Source: an uncultured Hormoscilla sp.
GTDB taxonomy: Bacteria > Cyanobacteriota > Cyanobacteriia > Cyanobacteriales > Desertifilaceae
DNA length: 64,000 bases
Direction: 5' to 3'
NCBI GenBank assembly: GCA_963921275.4
Contig: OZ001293.3
Span: 3,840,001-3,904,000 of the forward strand
Positions 10,301 to 19,713 of this stretch are shown here, piece by piece. The translations under genes and the position numbers were made by a program. Position 1 is the stretch's first letter, and every line of letters starts with the position of its first letter. Below the pieces are notes generated by a model. The model was not told the DNA's origin. It saw only the letters and a list, made by a program, of their open reading frames with translations, and searched no databases.

Positions 10301-11687
10301 TTGTACGGAGGCGGGAGCCAAAAAAATCTATGCGATCGAGCGAGATGCCAAAACGGCTCAGCTGGCGGAAACTTGCGTTGCCGATCTGGGGTTGTCCGAG
10401 AAAATACAGGTTGTGGTTGGAGATGCAACTGAGTTAGTATTGCCGGAATTGGCAGATGTGTGCGTTTCAGAAATTGTCGGCTCGATCGGGGGTTCTGAAG
10501 GGGCAGCTGTGATTATCAATGATTCCCGGCGGTTGCTCAAACCAGGTGGGGGAATGATTCCCGAAAGAAGCGTGACGAAGATTGCTGCCGTGACTCTCCC
10601 CGATGAAATTTTGCAGCATCCCAAATTCACGAATATATCCGGGCATTATACCGATAAGATTTTCGAGCAAGTCGGATATAGCTTTGACTTGAGGGTCTGT
10701 ATTAAACGGTTCCCGAAGTCAAATGTGCTGTCAAACGTGCAAGTGTTTGAAGATTTAGACTTCACGCAACCAGTTGTTTTAGAAGAATCCCATGAAGTGG
10801 AGTTTGAGATCTTACAGTCGGGAAGGTTAGATGGCTTCCTGGTTTGGCTCAACCTGCATACGGTGAAGGGAGAGGAGATAGATATTCTGGAACACGAGCA
10901 TTGCTGGCTGCCAATTTACTTTCCCGTTTTCGAGCCGGGAATATCGGTGTCCAAAGGCGATCTCATACAGGGAATTTGCCAAAGAACCCTTTGCGACAAT
11001 CAGCTAAATCCTGATTATGCAATTAAAGGGGAATTGCTAAAAAGCGATGGAGAAGTGATAGAATTTGAACATATTTCTTATCACTACAAAAAAAGATTCA
11101 AGCAAAGTCCGTTTTATCAGCGGTTGTTTGCGGAGGGTGCGGGGACGGAAAACAATGGAGGTCAGGAGTCAAAAGCAAAATTTGTCAAAAGTATCAGAGA
11201 ATATATACGGAAGCATCTGCCTGAGTATATGGTGCCAGCGGCTTTGGTGGTAATGGCAAGTTTGCCTCTGACGCCTAATAATAAGGTAAACCGCAAGGCT
11301 CTCCCAGCTCCGGATACTACGGGGATATCTGATGCCGATTATGTCAAGCCTAATTCGGGGATGGAAAAAAATATTGCTGAGGTGTGGCAAGACGTGCTGA
11401 AGATCGAAAAAGTAGGAATTTATGACAACTTTTTTGAATTGGGCGGAAATTCTTTACTGCTAGTGAAGGTTTACAATCAATTGCTGCAAATAGATTCATT
11501 GTCACAAAAGCCGTCGATGGTAGAGTTGTTTAAGTATCCAACGATATCGACTTTGGCTAAGCAGATGAGCGGTAAAATTAAAGAGTCGGCGGCCAAGCCG
11601 GTTTATGGAGAGGCCCGTGGGGCAGCGCGGGAGGCGATGCAGCAACAACGTCAGCTCAGACAAAGACATCGTTCTAGGAAAAAATAG
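7326..11687 (+). CDS. NRPS module 1: C-A-(PRMT-like methyltransferase insert)-T; aromatic amino acid (Tyr/Phe-like)
   Basis: C motif HHIGLDL. A motifs YTSGSTGKPKG and YGPTE. MT insert VVEIGTGKDAIL lies between A8 and A9. T motif GGNSL. Manual code DAETIAAVCK (compare Phe DAWTIAAVCK, Tyr DASTIAAVCK). Confidence 0.93.
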   Translation: MNQTKSTSLPKNMILANKEEISLPLTEAQKQLWILAQLDKESSIAYNQSINVQMRGPLRLEAMKRAIEKIVDRHEALRTKILPSGDGQQVGRAEEIELPVLDFSNEESSRLLEGAQDWFEKENRTIFDLNAGPPWRMQVLKLEEQLHWLVFSAHHIGLDLQSMFWILQELGVLYSSECQEKQVTLQEPKQFQEYINWQVGQSQTGEMAEHEAYWLDKLAGELPGLNLPTDWNRPGNRDFKINKETVRLDDDVSHKLEIFSSQRGGRVGTTLLAVYMTLLHRLTGQSDIIVGLPTSGRYFEGSEEVVGCCGDLLPIRSLLESNPTFSDYLRQIEKVWLAAEAHKNYPFARLSEGLNRQNNSRNSPLITTLFSWERPVSEPQMWKLETALYPQPLDFKDYDLYGKIIESKENQLALEVSYSTQLLAASTIKRWLGHFTTLLEAILENPDRKLSELPLLTREESQRLLVEWNDTESDYPADKCVHQLFEEQVQLRPDAVAVVLGNKQLTYSDLNDRSNQLARYLETLGVGPEALVGVCVERSLETIVGMLGILKAGGAYVPLDPSYPQERLAYMLHDSGLKVLLTQDKFVNSLPEYHHKLVCLDGDWGVIEKYSKENKETDVKPNNLAYVIYTSGSTGKPKGVLSAHPGLCNLAWAFKNIFNVGPEARLLQFASLSFDASVEEIFTAVTSGARLVLGTKDSLLLGHNLLQLLREQGVTHATIGPAALAVLPPEKLPCLNVLIVAGEAISSEVVRKWSSGRQFFNAYGPTEATVCATVAEVADASQKPPIGRPIPNAKVYILDEHLQPVPIGVPGELHIGGVGLSRGYLNRPELTDKKFIPNPFSDEKGSRLYKTGDLARYREDGNIEFIGRIDYQVKIRGYRIELGEIEALLSRNPEVREAVVIQREDQPGDRRLVAYVVPEDDNREVARADDNETAVELWPSVAEYYVYDELLYYAMTNDERRNQSYQVAINQSVKDKVVVEIGTGKDAILARFCTEAGAKKIYAIERDAKTAQLAETCVADLGLSEKIQVVVGDATELVLPELADVCVSEIVGSIGGSEGAAVIINDSRRLLKPGGGMIPERSVTKIAAVTLPDEILQHPKFTNISGHYTDKIFEQVGYSFDLRVCIKRFPKSNVLSNVQVFEDLDFTQPVVLEESHEVEFEILQSGRLDGFLVWLNLHTVKGEEIDILEHEHCWLPIYFPVFEPGISVSKGDLIQGICQRTLCDNQLNPDYAIKGELLKSDGEVIEFEHISYHYKKRFKQSPFYQRLFAEGAGTENNGGQESKAKFVKSIREYIRKHLPEYMVPAALVVMASLPLTPNNKVNRKALPAPDTTGISDADYVKPNSGMEKNIAEVWQDVLKIEKVGIYDNFFELGGNSLLLVKVYNQLLQIDSLSQKPSMVELFKYPTISTLAKQMSGKIKESAAKPVYGEARGAAREAMQQQRQLRQRHRSRKK

Positions 11688-11924
11688 CACAGGTAGCCGG
11701 TATTGCCAGCAAGTAAAGTGTATTGCTGGCAAGTCAGTGGTCATGTTCTGGTAGAACCGGGAAAAATTGAGTAAAAATACGGATGGACAGGTTCGCAAGA
11801 GGATGAGAAGAATAGATGATGCAAACAGAGGATGAGCGGAGAATGAATAATCAGGAAATAGCGGCGATCGCCATGTCAGGTCATTGGCCAGGGGCCAAAA
11901 ATGTAGAAGAATAATTCCCGAACC
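11664..11924 (+). repeat. Decayed duplicate of the NRPS1/PKS junction and PKS start (intact copy at 14512-14770)
   Basis: Direct repeat including atgaataatcaggaaatagcggcgatcgccatg, which ends in an early stop in this copy. Confidence 0.9.
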
Positions 11925-12133
11925 CTTTGGCAGGCAGATCCAGGGAACGAATCCCACCCAGAAACCAGGTAATTTCGGCGAAACCTGGTTTCTTAATTCT
12001 GGCATTTAGAAAATATTCTTATATCATGTCTGGGGAATTACCCTCAATTAAGAAGCGACTCTCACCTTCTAGAGGATCTCGCGTTACCGTGCGATCGGGC
12101 TAAGTTGTCACCTCTTCTCTGTCATATCAATCG

Positions 12134-12253
12134 GGGTGCATCTCACTTTCGCACGGGCGAAGCATTCCGATAGGATATCTGTTAATTTATGTCAGAGATT
12201 GTCGCCGGAATGCTTCGCCCCTACAGGTATCTTTGTAAATATGAGATGCACCC
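12134..12253. mobile_element. MITE with 12-bp TIR, containing a REP-like inverted pair
   Basis: GGGTGCATCTCA...TGAGATGCACCC flanked by TATCAATCG/TATCAATAG (9-bp TSD, one mismatch). Internal GGGCGAAGCATTCCG...CGGAATGCTTCGCCC. Confidence 0.75.
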
Positions 12254-12711
12254 TATCAATAGACAAGGGAGTGTGGGGGAGGGGGGCGGCGCTTTCAGGG
12301 GTATGTTTTTAATATTTGGGTGAAAATGAGACTTGGTAGAGGGGGAAGACAGGTAGACTTTGAAGATTCTGATGACGAAATAATGAGCTTGCTCCCTCGA
12401 CTAGAACTTAGGGAACTGCCAAAAATAAATTATCCCAAAATTGGCGAAAATAGGCTTTTTTTTACTCGCTCTGGGGAACTGCTCCCGTGGCGCTAGTTTG
12501 GGGATTTTTTATGCGGATTTCCCTTATTAGTGCAAGAGTGGCTACCTAATTGGAAATTGCCTCGCCGCCAGAGTAATGCTTGTACTTTCTCCTTTGGGTG
12601 ATGACGGGATTTTAAGCTTTTCTGCCGCCGGAATTTATGATTCTTGGCTTGACCGATCGTCAGGCTTCCGGTTGAAGTGGGCATGACTCTAAGAAAAATA
12701 AATTCCCTTTG

Positions 12712-13955
12712 TAAGTGTCTGATGTGCGATCCGATTTCATTATCTGTAGGCTTTGTCAGAGGCGATCGCCTCGGGAGGTGGAACTGTTGCAGTGCCATAG
12801 AGGCCGAGCTCTGGTCGGGCTCTCCGGTAGAGATTGCTTCGTACCTCGCAACGCTACGCGGTTCGAGATTGCTTCGTACCTCGCAACACGGCTGCGCCTA
12901 CGCGGTTTGAACAAGTGAACTCAAAATCCACAGATCACATCATTATAGCATTGTTGATTAACATTTGCAATATAAAAATAATTTGGCACTTGCACTTACA
13001 TGAGAGGCTGGGAACATACTCTTTTCATGTGCTGGGCATCTCAGGACTGACGGTTGAAGGCCACGGCTATCACCGGTAGAAAGCAGGACAAAAACGATTG
13101 CCCGTAAAGATTTGTTACAGCCCGACAGTGTCGCAGAAATATGGCTTATGGTAGAAGTGGAAATCACATAAAGAGAAAATAGATTAGCCTTGTAAGTATG
13201 TCAGATGTGCGATCCTATTTCAGAAGGTGTAGGCTTTGAGGTGGGAGAGGCTCACAGGAGGTGGAACTGTTGGAGAGCAATAATGGCCGCGCCATCGAAG
13301 GTTTCACCGGTAGTTGAGGGCTCGGGAACATACTCATCTCCGGCATCACAACTTGGACAAAAGAAGGCCCCCACCGGTAGATAGCTGGCCAAAAACTGCT
13401 CGACAAGGGATATGTAAAGAATCGTTACAGATTGAAAGAGTCGCAGCAAATCGGGCTTATGGTAGAAGTAGTAATGACGCCAAAAAAATCTTGCCGTTGG
13501 AAGTATGTCAGATGTGTGATCCGATAGAGCAGGCGAGGTCTGTAGTTTGAGGCATAAAGTTATGGCTAAAGGAGTGGTGAATGAACTTGCTTATGAGGGG
13601 TTGACGCCGGTGCAGTCGGCAACGCCATCGCAGGTTTCACCGGTAGTTGAGGGCTCGGGAACATACTCATCTCCGGCATCACAACTGAGGATGGACAAAA
13701 GAAGGCCCCCACCGGGAGATAGCTGGCCAAAAACTGCTCGACAAGGGATATGTAAAGAATCGTTACAGATTGAAAGAGTCGCAGCAAATCGGGCTTATGG
13801 TAGAAGTGGTAATGACGCAAAAAAAATATCTTACCGTTGGAAGTATGTCAGATAGGATAGAGCAGGCGAGGTCTGTAGTTTGAGGCATAAAGTTATGGCT
13901 AAAGGAGTGGTGAATGAACTTGTTTATGAGGGGTTGACGCCGGTGCAGTCGGCCA
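12712..13955. repeat. Degenerate mosaic tandem repeats (about 300-480 bp units)
   Basis: Anchor aagt(at)gtc(a/t)gat recurs at about 12713, 13194, 13501 and 13841. Block 13290-13510 matches 13623-13850, and 13525-13620 matches 13857-13952. Confidence 0.8.
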
Positions 13956-14090
13956 GGCTAGATAACAGGTATCGGAGTTGTAATCAGCAAAGCCTGGGAA
14001 ATTGGTCAGAACAGCAGGCAAAAAGTTAGTTGTGGTAAGAGGATCCCGATCCTGTATGAATGGGAAAGGTGATACGGAGAAACTATAAGA

Positions 14091-14348
14091 ATGCTTCAAG
14101 ACTTGGATAAAACATTAGAAGAACTGCTTAAAAACGAATTACCACCTCCGGTGATATCCCCCCCGGATGGGAAGTCAGTCACGATTAGTTTTTCAACTCC
14201 TGACAAAGATTTTGCTACCAGAGTTGAGCTGCCAGCAATAGACCTGTTCCTCTATAACGTGCGGGAAAACATGGAATTGCGGACTGCCCCCTGGTCAGTG
14301 GAACGGTCCAAGGCAGAACCTGATATCGGGTGTAGAATCGATTTCTAG
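14091..14348 (+). pseudogene. N-terminal fragment of a DUF4255/Pvc16-type contractile injection system protein, fused to a duplicated PKS fragment
   Basis: MLQDLDKTLEELLKNELP...ISFSTPD...LPAIDLFLYNVRENMELR matches the Pvc16 N-terminal pattern (recognised from memory). From 14312 the DNA is a copy of PKS 14773-14983. Confidence 0.72.
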
Positions 14349-14699
14349 GTTTTCAGATGAGGAGTTGTTAGCTGAAGGTGTCAAGCCGGAATTGTTGAGT
14401 AACGATGATTACGTTAGAGCCGGGGGAGTGCTGTCAGACATTGATCTGTTTGATGCCAGTTTCTTGTGAGTCCTAGCGAAGCGAAGCTAATGGATCCCCA
14501 GCGATGTTCTTAGACATCGTTCTAGGAAAAAATAGCACAGGTAGCCGGTATTGCCAGCAAGTAAAGTGTATTGCTGGCAAGTCAGTGGTCATGTTCTGGT
14601 ATAACCGGGAAAAATTGAGTAAAAATACGGATGGAGAGAGTGGACAGGTTCGCAAGAGGATGAGAAGAATAGATGATGCAAACAGAGGATGAGCGGAGA

Positions 14700-17600
14700 A
14701 TGAATAATCAGGAAATAGCGGCGATCGCCATGTCATGTCGTTTGCCAGGGGCAAAAAATGTAGAAGAATATTGGCAGAACCTGATATCGGGTGTAGAATC
14801 GATTTCTAGGTTTTCAGATGAGGAGTTGTTAGCTGAAGGTGTCAAGCCGGAATTGTTGAGTAACGATGATTACGTTAGAGCCGGGGGAGTGCTGTCAGAC
14901 ATTGATCTGTTTGATGCCAGTTTCTTTGGCATGAGTCCTAGCGAAGCGAAGCTAATGGATCCCCAGCAGCGCATGTTCTTAGAATGTGCATGGGAGGCAA
15001 TAGAACAGGCGGGTTATAACCCAGACATATATGATGGTCTAATAGGTGTATATGCAGGGATAGGAATAAATACATATTTAATTAACAATATTTACCAAAA
15101 TCAGGAGATAATGAAGTTGGTGAATCTGCATCAATTGGTGACAGCCAATGATAAGGATTATTTGCCGACCAGAGTATCATACAAGCTGAACCTGAAGGGG
15201 CCAAGTATAAACGTGAATACGGCATGTTCAACTTCATTGGTAGCGGTTCACTTGGCTTGTCAAAGTTTGTTGAATGGTGAATGTGACATGGCTTTGGTAG
15301 GTGGAGTGTCAGCGAGAATTCCTCACAAAGTAGGTCACCTGTACGAAGAAGGAATGATATTATCACCAGATGGACATTGTCGAGCTTTTGATGCGGGTGC
15401 AAAAGGGACAGTAGGGGGAAATGGAGTAGGAATAGTGGTCCTGAAACGATTGTCAGATGCGATCGCGGAAGGAGACGCAATCCATGGGATAATCAAAGGT
15501 TCAGCTATTAATAATGATGGTTCGTTGAAAATCGGATATACTGCTCCTAGCATAGATGGTCAAGCGGCGGTGATTGCTGAAGCCCAAGCAGTAGCGGGGG
15601 TAGAACCAGAAACGATTAGTTATATAGAAGCACATGGGACGGGAACGGAATTGGGAGACCCCATTGAAATCGCAGCACTGAAGCAGGCTTTTGCAAAGAA
15701 GAAGGATAAGAAAAACTTCTGCGCGATCGGGTCAGTAAAAACAAATATCGGTCATACTGATGCGGCATCTGGGGTGGCTAGCTTAATTAAAACGGTGCTA
15801 GCGCTGAAGCACGAAGTTATCCCTCCGAGCTTGCATTTTAACAAGCCAAATCCTAAGATTGATTTTGCAAACAGTCCTTTTTATGTAAATGCCGAACTAT
15901 CGGAATGGAAAAGCAATGGGGTGCCCCGTCGTGCAGGAGTTAGCTCTTTTGGAATTGGCGGGACTAATGCTCACATAATATTAGAAGAAGCCCCGCCGGT
16001 AGAAGCATCAGGAGCATCCCGACAAGCGCAAATTATGGTAATGTCAGCGAAGACAAGCACGGCCCTAGATCGGATGAGCGAAAATCTCGCTGTCTATTTA
16101 GAGCAAAACCCAGAAGTTAAGATCGCCGACGTGGCATATACTCTGGGGGTGAGTCGCAAGGAATTTAACTACAGACGGATGCTGGTTTGTCGGCAGGGCG
16201 AGGAGGCGGCGCGGACCCTAAGAGCATTAGATGGACAGCAAGTTTTCACCAATAGGATCGAAGATCGAGAGCGACCGGTTGTATTTATGTTTTCCGGACA
16301 AGGGGCTCAGTATGTAAATATGGGCCTGGGGATATATAAAAGTGAATCGGTTTTTGCAGAGCAAGTAGACCGCTGTGCGGAATTACTTTGGCCAGAATTA
16401 GGACTGGATCTGCGCCAGCTCCTTTATCCGACTGCTGAAAAGGCGGAGGCGGCTGTTTCACAACTGCAAGAAACGAAAATAGCACAAATAGCGATATTTG
16501 TTATCGAGTATGCCTTGGTACAGCTATGGCGCGAGTGGGGAATAGAACCAGAAGCGGCGATCGGCCATAGTATAGGGGAATATGTGGCAGCATGTATAGC
16601 AGGAGTTTTCTCCTTAGAAGATGCCTTGTCTTTGCTGGTGGCGCGAGGCCAGTTGATGCAGTCAATGGCCAAGGGGGCGATGCTTTCCATTCCGCTGCCA
16701 AAAGCAGAAGTGCAAGGGAGATTGGGAACTGAACTATCATTAGCAACAATTAACAGTCCATCTCGTTGCGTAGTTTCGGGTCCAGATGCAGCAGTGGCGG
16801 CTTTGGAAAAACAACTAGCATCGGAAAATATTCAAAGTCGTCGCCTGCACACTTCCCATGCTTTCCATTCCCAAATGATGGACCCGATGTTAGCAGAATT
16901 TGCAGGGCGGGTAAAGCAAGTTACTCTCCATCCTCCGGAAATTCCCTACATATCTAACCTGACTGGCACCTGGATAAGGGTAACCCAGGCGACAGATCCC
17001 AACTATTGGGTACAGCATTTGCGTCAAACGGTGCTGTTTGCACCGGGTTTGGAAAATTTATTGTCGGACCCCGATCGAGTCTTGCTGGAAGTAGGTCCGG
17101 GACGAACCTTGAGTACCTTGGCGAAAAGACATCCCGATAAGTCTGCCTCCCAGTTGGTCCTCACCTCCCTGCGCCATCCTCAAGAAGAATTGGCAGATCT
17201 GGATTTTCTGCTCGCCACTTTGGGCAATTTATGGTTAGCTGGAGTTAAGGTGGACTGGTTGGGATTCTACAGCCAGCAGCGACGCCATCGCTTGCCCTTG
17301 CCTACCTATCCCTTCGAACGCCAGCGTTACTGGATTTCACCTCAAAAGCAGCTTGAAAAAGTTGTTGACAGTAAGACAGAGGCAGGAAAAAAGCAAGATA
17401 TTGCCGATTGGTTTTACATGCCGACTTGGAACCGGTCCCTACTGGGGGCTGGCAGGAAATTGCCCGATCGCACTCTCCTGTTTATTGATGAGTATGGTAT
17501 AGGTTCTGAACTGGCAAGTAAGCTGCGATCGCAAGGTAAAGAGGCGATCAGGGTGAAGATGGGGGAATCCTTTGCGGAACTGGGCGAGGACCTGTATAGT

Positions 17601-19610
17601 ATCAATCCCAGGGAACCCAAGGACTACGAGACATTGTTCGCGGAACTACCGGAAATTCCCCAGACAATCGGACATATATGGAGTATGGTAGCCGACTACC
17701 AGCCATGCGGCTGGAAAGGAATTGAAGGGGCCCTAGATCGAGGCTTTTACAGTCTGCTGTTCCTGGTGCAAGCATTGGAGAAACAGAACTTAAATGGCGA
17801 GTTTCAACTGGCAGTCATCTCTAATGGGTTGCAAAATGTGACCGGACAGGAACGGTTGCTTCCGGAACAGGCCACGCTCATAGGACCGGTTAAAACTATC
17901 CCCCAGGAATGCCCTACCATTAACTGTAGGAGTATTGATATCGAAATTCCGACAACCAGCAACGGTCATTCAAGGGAAATGATAGAGCAATTGATGGCGG
18001 AGTTGGGCGCGAACTCCTCAGATGAGGCGATCGCCTATCGCGGACAGCATCGTTGGGTGCAAAGCTATGCACCCATACCCCTGTTAGATCCAGCAAATGA
18101 GGGGATCCAGCGATTAATGCCAGGTGGGGTATATATAATAACGGGGGGACTGGGAGGTATAGGACTGGTATTAGCAGAATATCTGGCTCAAACAGTCCAG
18201 GCCAAGCTGGTTCTAATTGGGCGATCGGCTTTTCCAGCGCGAAATCGCTGGTCGGAGTGGTTGGCCAGTCACGATAGGGGCGATCGCATCAGCAGCAAAA
18301 TTCATAAATTGCAAGCACTGGAAAAACTGGGAGCCCAGGTGTTATCATTATCGGCAGATGTTGCTGATTTCCAGCAGATGCAAAAGGCGATCGAGGGTGC
18401 AGAGCAGCATTTTGGTAAAGTTAACGGGGTCATCCACGCAGCTGGTCGGCCTGGTGGGGGCTTAATTCAGCAGAAAACCAGAGAAATTGCTGAAAAAGTT
18501 ATGGCTCCCAAGGTCAGGGGGACTCTCATTCTGGACGCCCTCCTCCAAGACAGACAGCTAGACTTCTTTGTTGTGGCATCTTCTCTAAATGCCGTTATTC
18601 CCGTCTTAGGTCAAGTTGACTATTGTGCTGCCAATGCTTTTCTGGACGCTTTCGCTCAGTATAGGACCGCAAAGGGGGCCTTTACCGTATCGATCGACTG
18701 GGATGCCTGGCAGGAAGTGGGGATGGCAGTGGATGCTGCCGAAAAATCACTTCTCACTGGCCCCAAACAAATTTCCCACCCACTATTCTCACGGGTCATG
18801 GTAGAGTCTGACGCGAGGCAGATATATATATCAAATCTAGGCGTCAGTCAAAACTGGCTGTTGCAGGAACATATAGTCATGGGGCAAGCAACAATGCCTG
18901 GGACTGGATACTTAGAAATAGTCAGGGCAGCTTGGGCAAAGATGACCCAGAAAGAAACAGCAGAACTGCGGGAAGTATTTTTCTTGAGTCCTTTAACTGT
19001 CAAAGCAGATGAAAACAAGGAAGTGAAGACGATTTTCACGAAAGCGGGAGATGGCTGGGAATTTGAGGTGGTAAGCTCGTTGAAGGGGCAATCAGAGCGA
19101 TGGCAGAAGCATTGTGAGGGAGAAATTTTTAGCCTAGATGTGGGCGATCGCGAGCAACTGGCTATTGAGGAAATAGAAGCAAAATGTCCAGAAGCAAAAC
19201 CAATTCCCGCCCCAGGGCAGGAACCCCAAGCAGGATTAATAGAATTTGGCCCCAGATGGGACAATGTCAAATGGGTAAAGTTTGGCGAAAATGAGGGATT
19301 GGCATTTCTGGAACTGCCGGAAAAGTTTATGGCTGACATCAAAGACTATAAATTACACCCAGCCTTATTAGATACGGGTACCGGTTTCATGGGATTGAAA
19401 AATATAGATGGCGCCTACCTGCCCTTTGGTTATAAAAAAGTCAAGGTCAAAGGACCGATACCAGCAAAAGCCTACAGCTATATAAGGCAAAACGCGCAAG
19501 ATGGGAAAGCGTCCAGTTTGAAAATGAATGTTACCATCGCAGACGAGATGGGAGAGGTGATGGTGGAGATAGAAGATTATACTCTGAGGCAGATAGAGCC
19601 AAGTAACTGA
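14700..19610 (+). CDS. Type I PKS, first part: KS-AT(malonyl)-KR-DH
   Basis: KS motifs NTACSTS, HGTGT, NIGH. AT motifs GHSIG and HAFH. KR motifs TGGLGGIG and YCAAN. DH motifs HIVMGQATMP and HPALLD come after the KR. There is no ACP in this ORF. Confidence 0.93.
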   Translation: MNNQEIAAIAMSCRLPGAKNVEEYWQNLISGVESISRFSDEELLAEGVKPELLSNDDYVRAGGVLSDIDLFDASFFGMSPSEAKLMDPQQRMFLECAWEAIEQAGYNPDIYDGLIGVYAGIGINTYLINNIYQNQEIMKLVNLHQLVTANDKDYLPTRVSYKLNLKGPSINVNTACSTSLVAVHLACQSLLNGECDMALVGGVSARIPHKVGHLYEEGMILSPDGHCRAFDAGAKGTVGGNGVGIVVLKRLSDAIAEGDAIHGIIKGSAINNDGSLKIGYTAPSIDGQAAVIAEAQAVAGVEPETISYIEAHGTGTELGDPIEIAALKQAFAKKKDKKNFCAIGSVKTNIGHTDAASGVASLIKTVLALKHEVIPPSLHFNKPNPKIDFANSPFYVNAELSEWKSNGVPRRAGVSSFGIGGTNAHIILEEAPPVEASGASRQAQIMVMSAKTSTALDRMSENLAVYLEQNPEVKIADVAYTLGVSRKEFNYRRMLVCRQGEEAARTLRALDGQQVFTNRIEDRERPVVFMFSGQGAQYVNMGLGIYKSESVFAEQVDRCAELLWPELGLDLRQLLYPTAEKAEAAVSQLQETKIAQIAIFVIEYALVQLWREWGIEPEAAIGHSIGEYVAACIAGVFSLEDALSLLVARGQLMQSMAKGAMLSIPLPKAEVQGRLGTELSLATINSPSRCVVSGPDAAVAALEKQLASENIQSRRLHTSHAFHSQMMDPMLAEFAGRVKQVTLHPPEIPYISNLTGTWIRVTQATDPNYWVQHLRQTVLFAPGLENLLSDPDRVLLEVGPGRTLSTLAKRHPDKSASQLVLTSLRHPQEELADLDFLLATLGNLWLAGVKVDWLGFYSQQRRHRLPLPTYPFERQRYWISPQKQLEKVVDSKTEAGKKQDIADWFYMPTWNRSLLGAGRKLPDRTLLFIDEYGIGSELASKLRSQGKEAIRVKMGESFAELGEDLYSINPREPKDYETLFAELPEIPQTIGHIWSMVADYQPCGWKGIEGALDRGFYSLLFLVQALEKQNLNGEFQLAVISNGLQNVTGQERLLPEQATLIGPVKTIPQECPTINCRSIDIEIPTTSNGHSREMIEQLMAELGANSSDEAIAYRGQHRWVQSYAPIPLLDPANEGIQRLMPGGVYIITGGLGGIGLVLAEYLAQTVQAKLVLIGRSAFPARNRWSEWLASHDRGDRISSKIHKLQALEKLGAQVLSLSADVADFQQMQKAIEGAEQHFGKVNGVIHAAGRPGGGLIQQKTREIAEKVMAPKVRGTLILDALLQDRQLDFFVVASSLNAVIPVLGQVDYCAANAFLDAFAQYRTAKGAFTVSIDWDAWQEVGMAVDAAEKSLLTGPKQISHPLFSRVMVESDARQIYISNLGVSQNWLLQEHIVMGQATMPGTGYLEIVRAAWAKMTQKETAELREVFFLSPLTVKADENKEVKTIFTKAGDGWEFEVVSSLKGQSERWQKHCEGEIFSLDVGDREQLAIEEIEAKCPEAKPIPAPGQEPQAGLIEFGPRWDNVKWVKFGENEGLAFLELPEKFMADIKDYKLHPALLDTGTGFMGLKNIDGAYLPFGYKKVKVKGPIPAKAYSYIRQNAQDGKASSLKMNVTIADEMGEVMVEIEDYTLRQIEPSN

Positions 19611-19713
19611 GTTAGGCGGGTTACGTGGAGCGTCTGCCAGTCAGGTGGAAGGTTACGTCGGGCGGGCGGATCGCCTGCCAGTCAGGTGGCGACAAGCAAG
19701 TTAAGGTGCAAAT

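Noticed and set aside
12493..14099. Short ORFs in the mosaic repeat region
   Set aside because: Frames shift between repeat copies, so they are treated as non-coding or decayed DNA.
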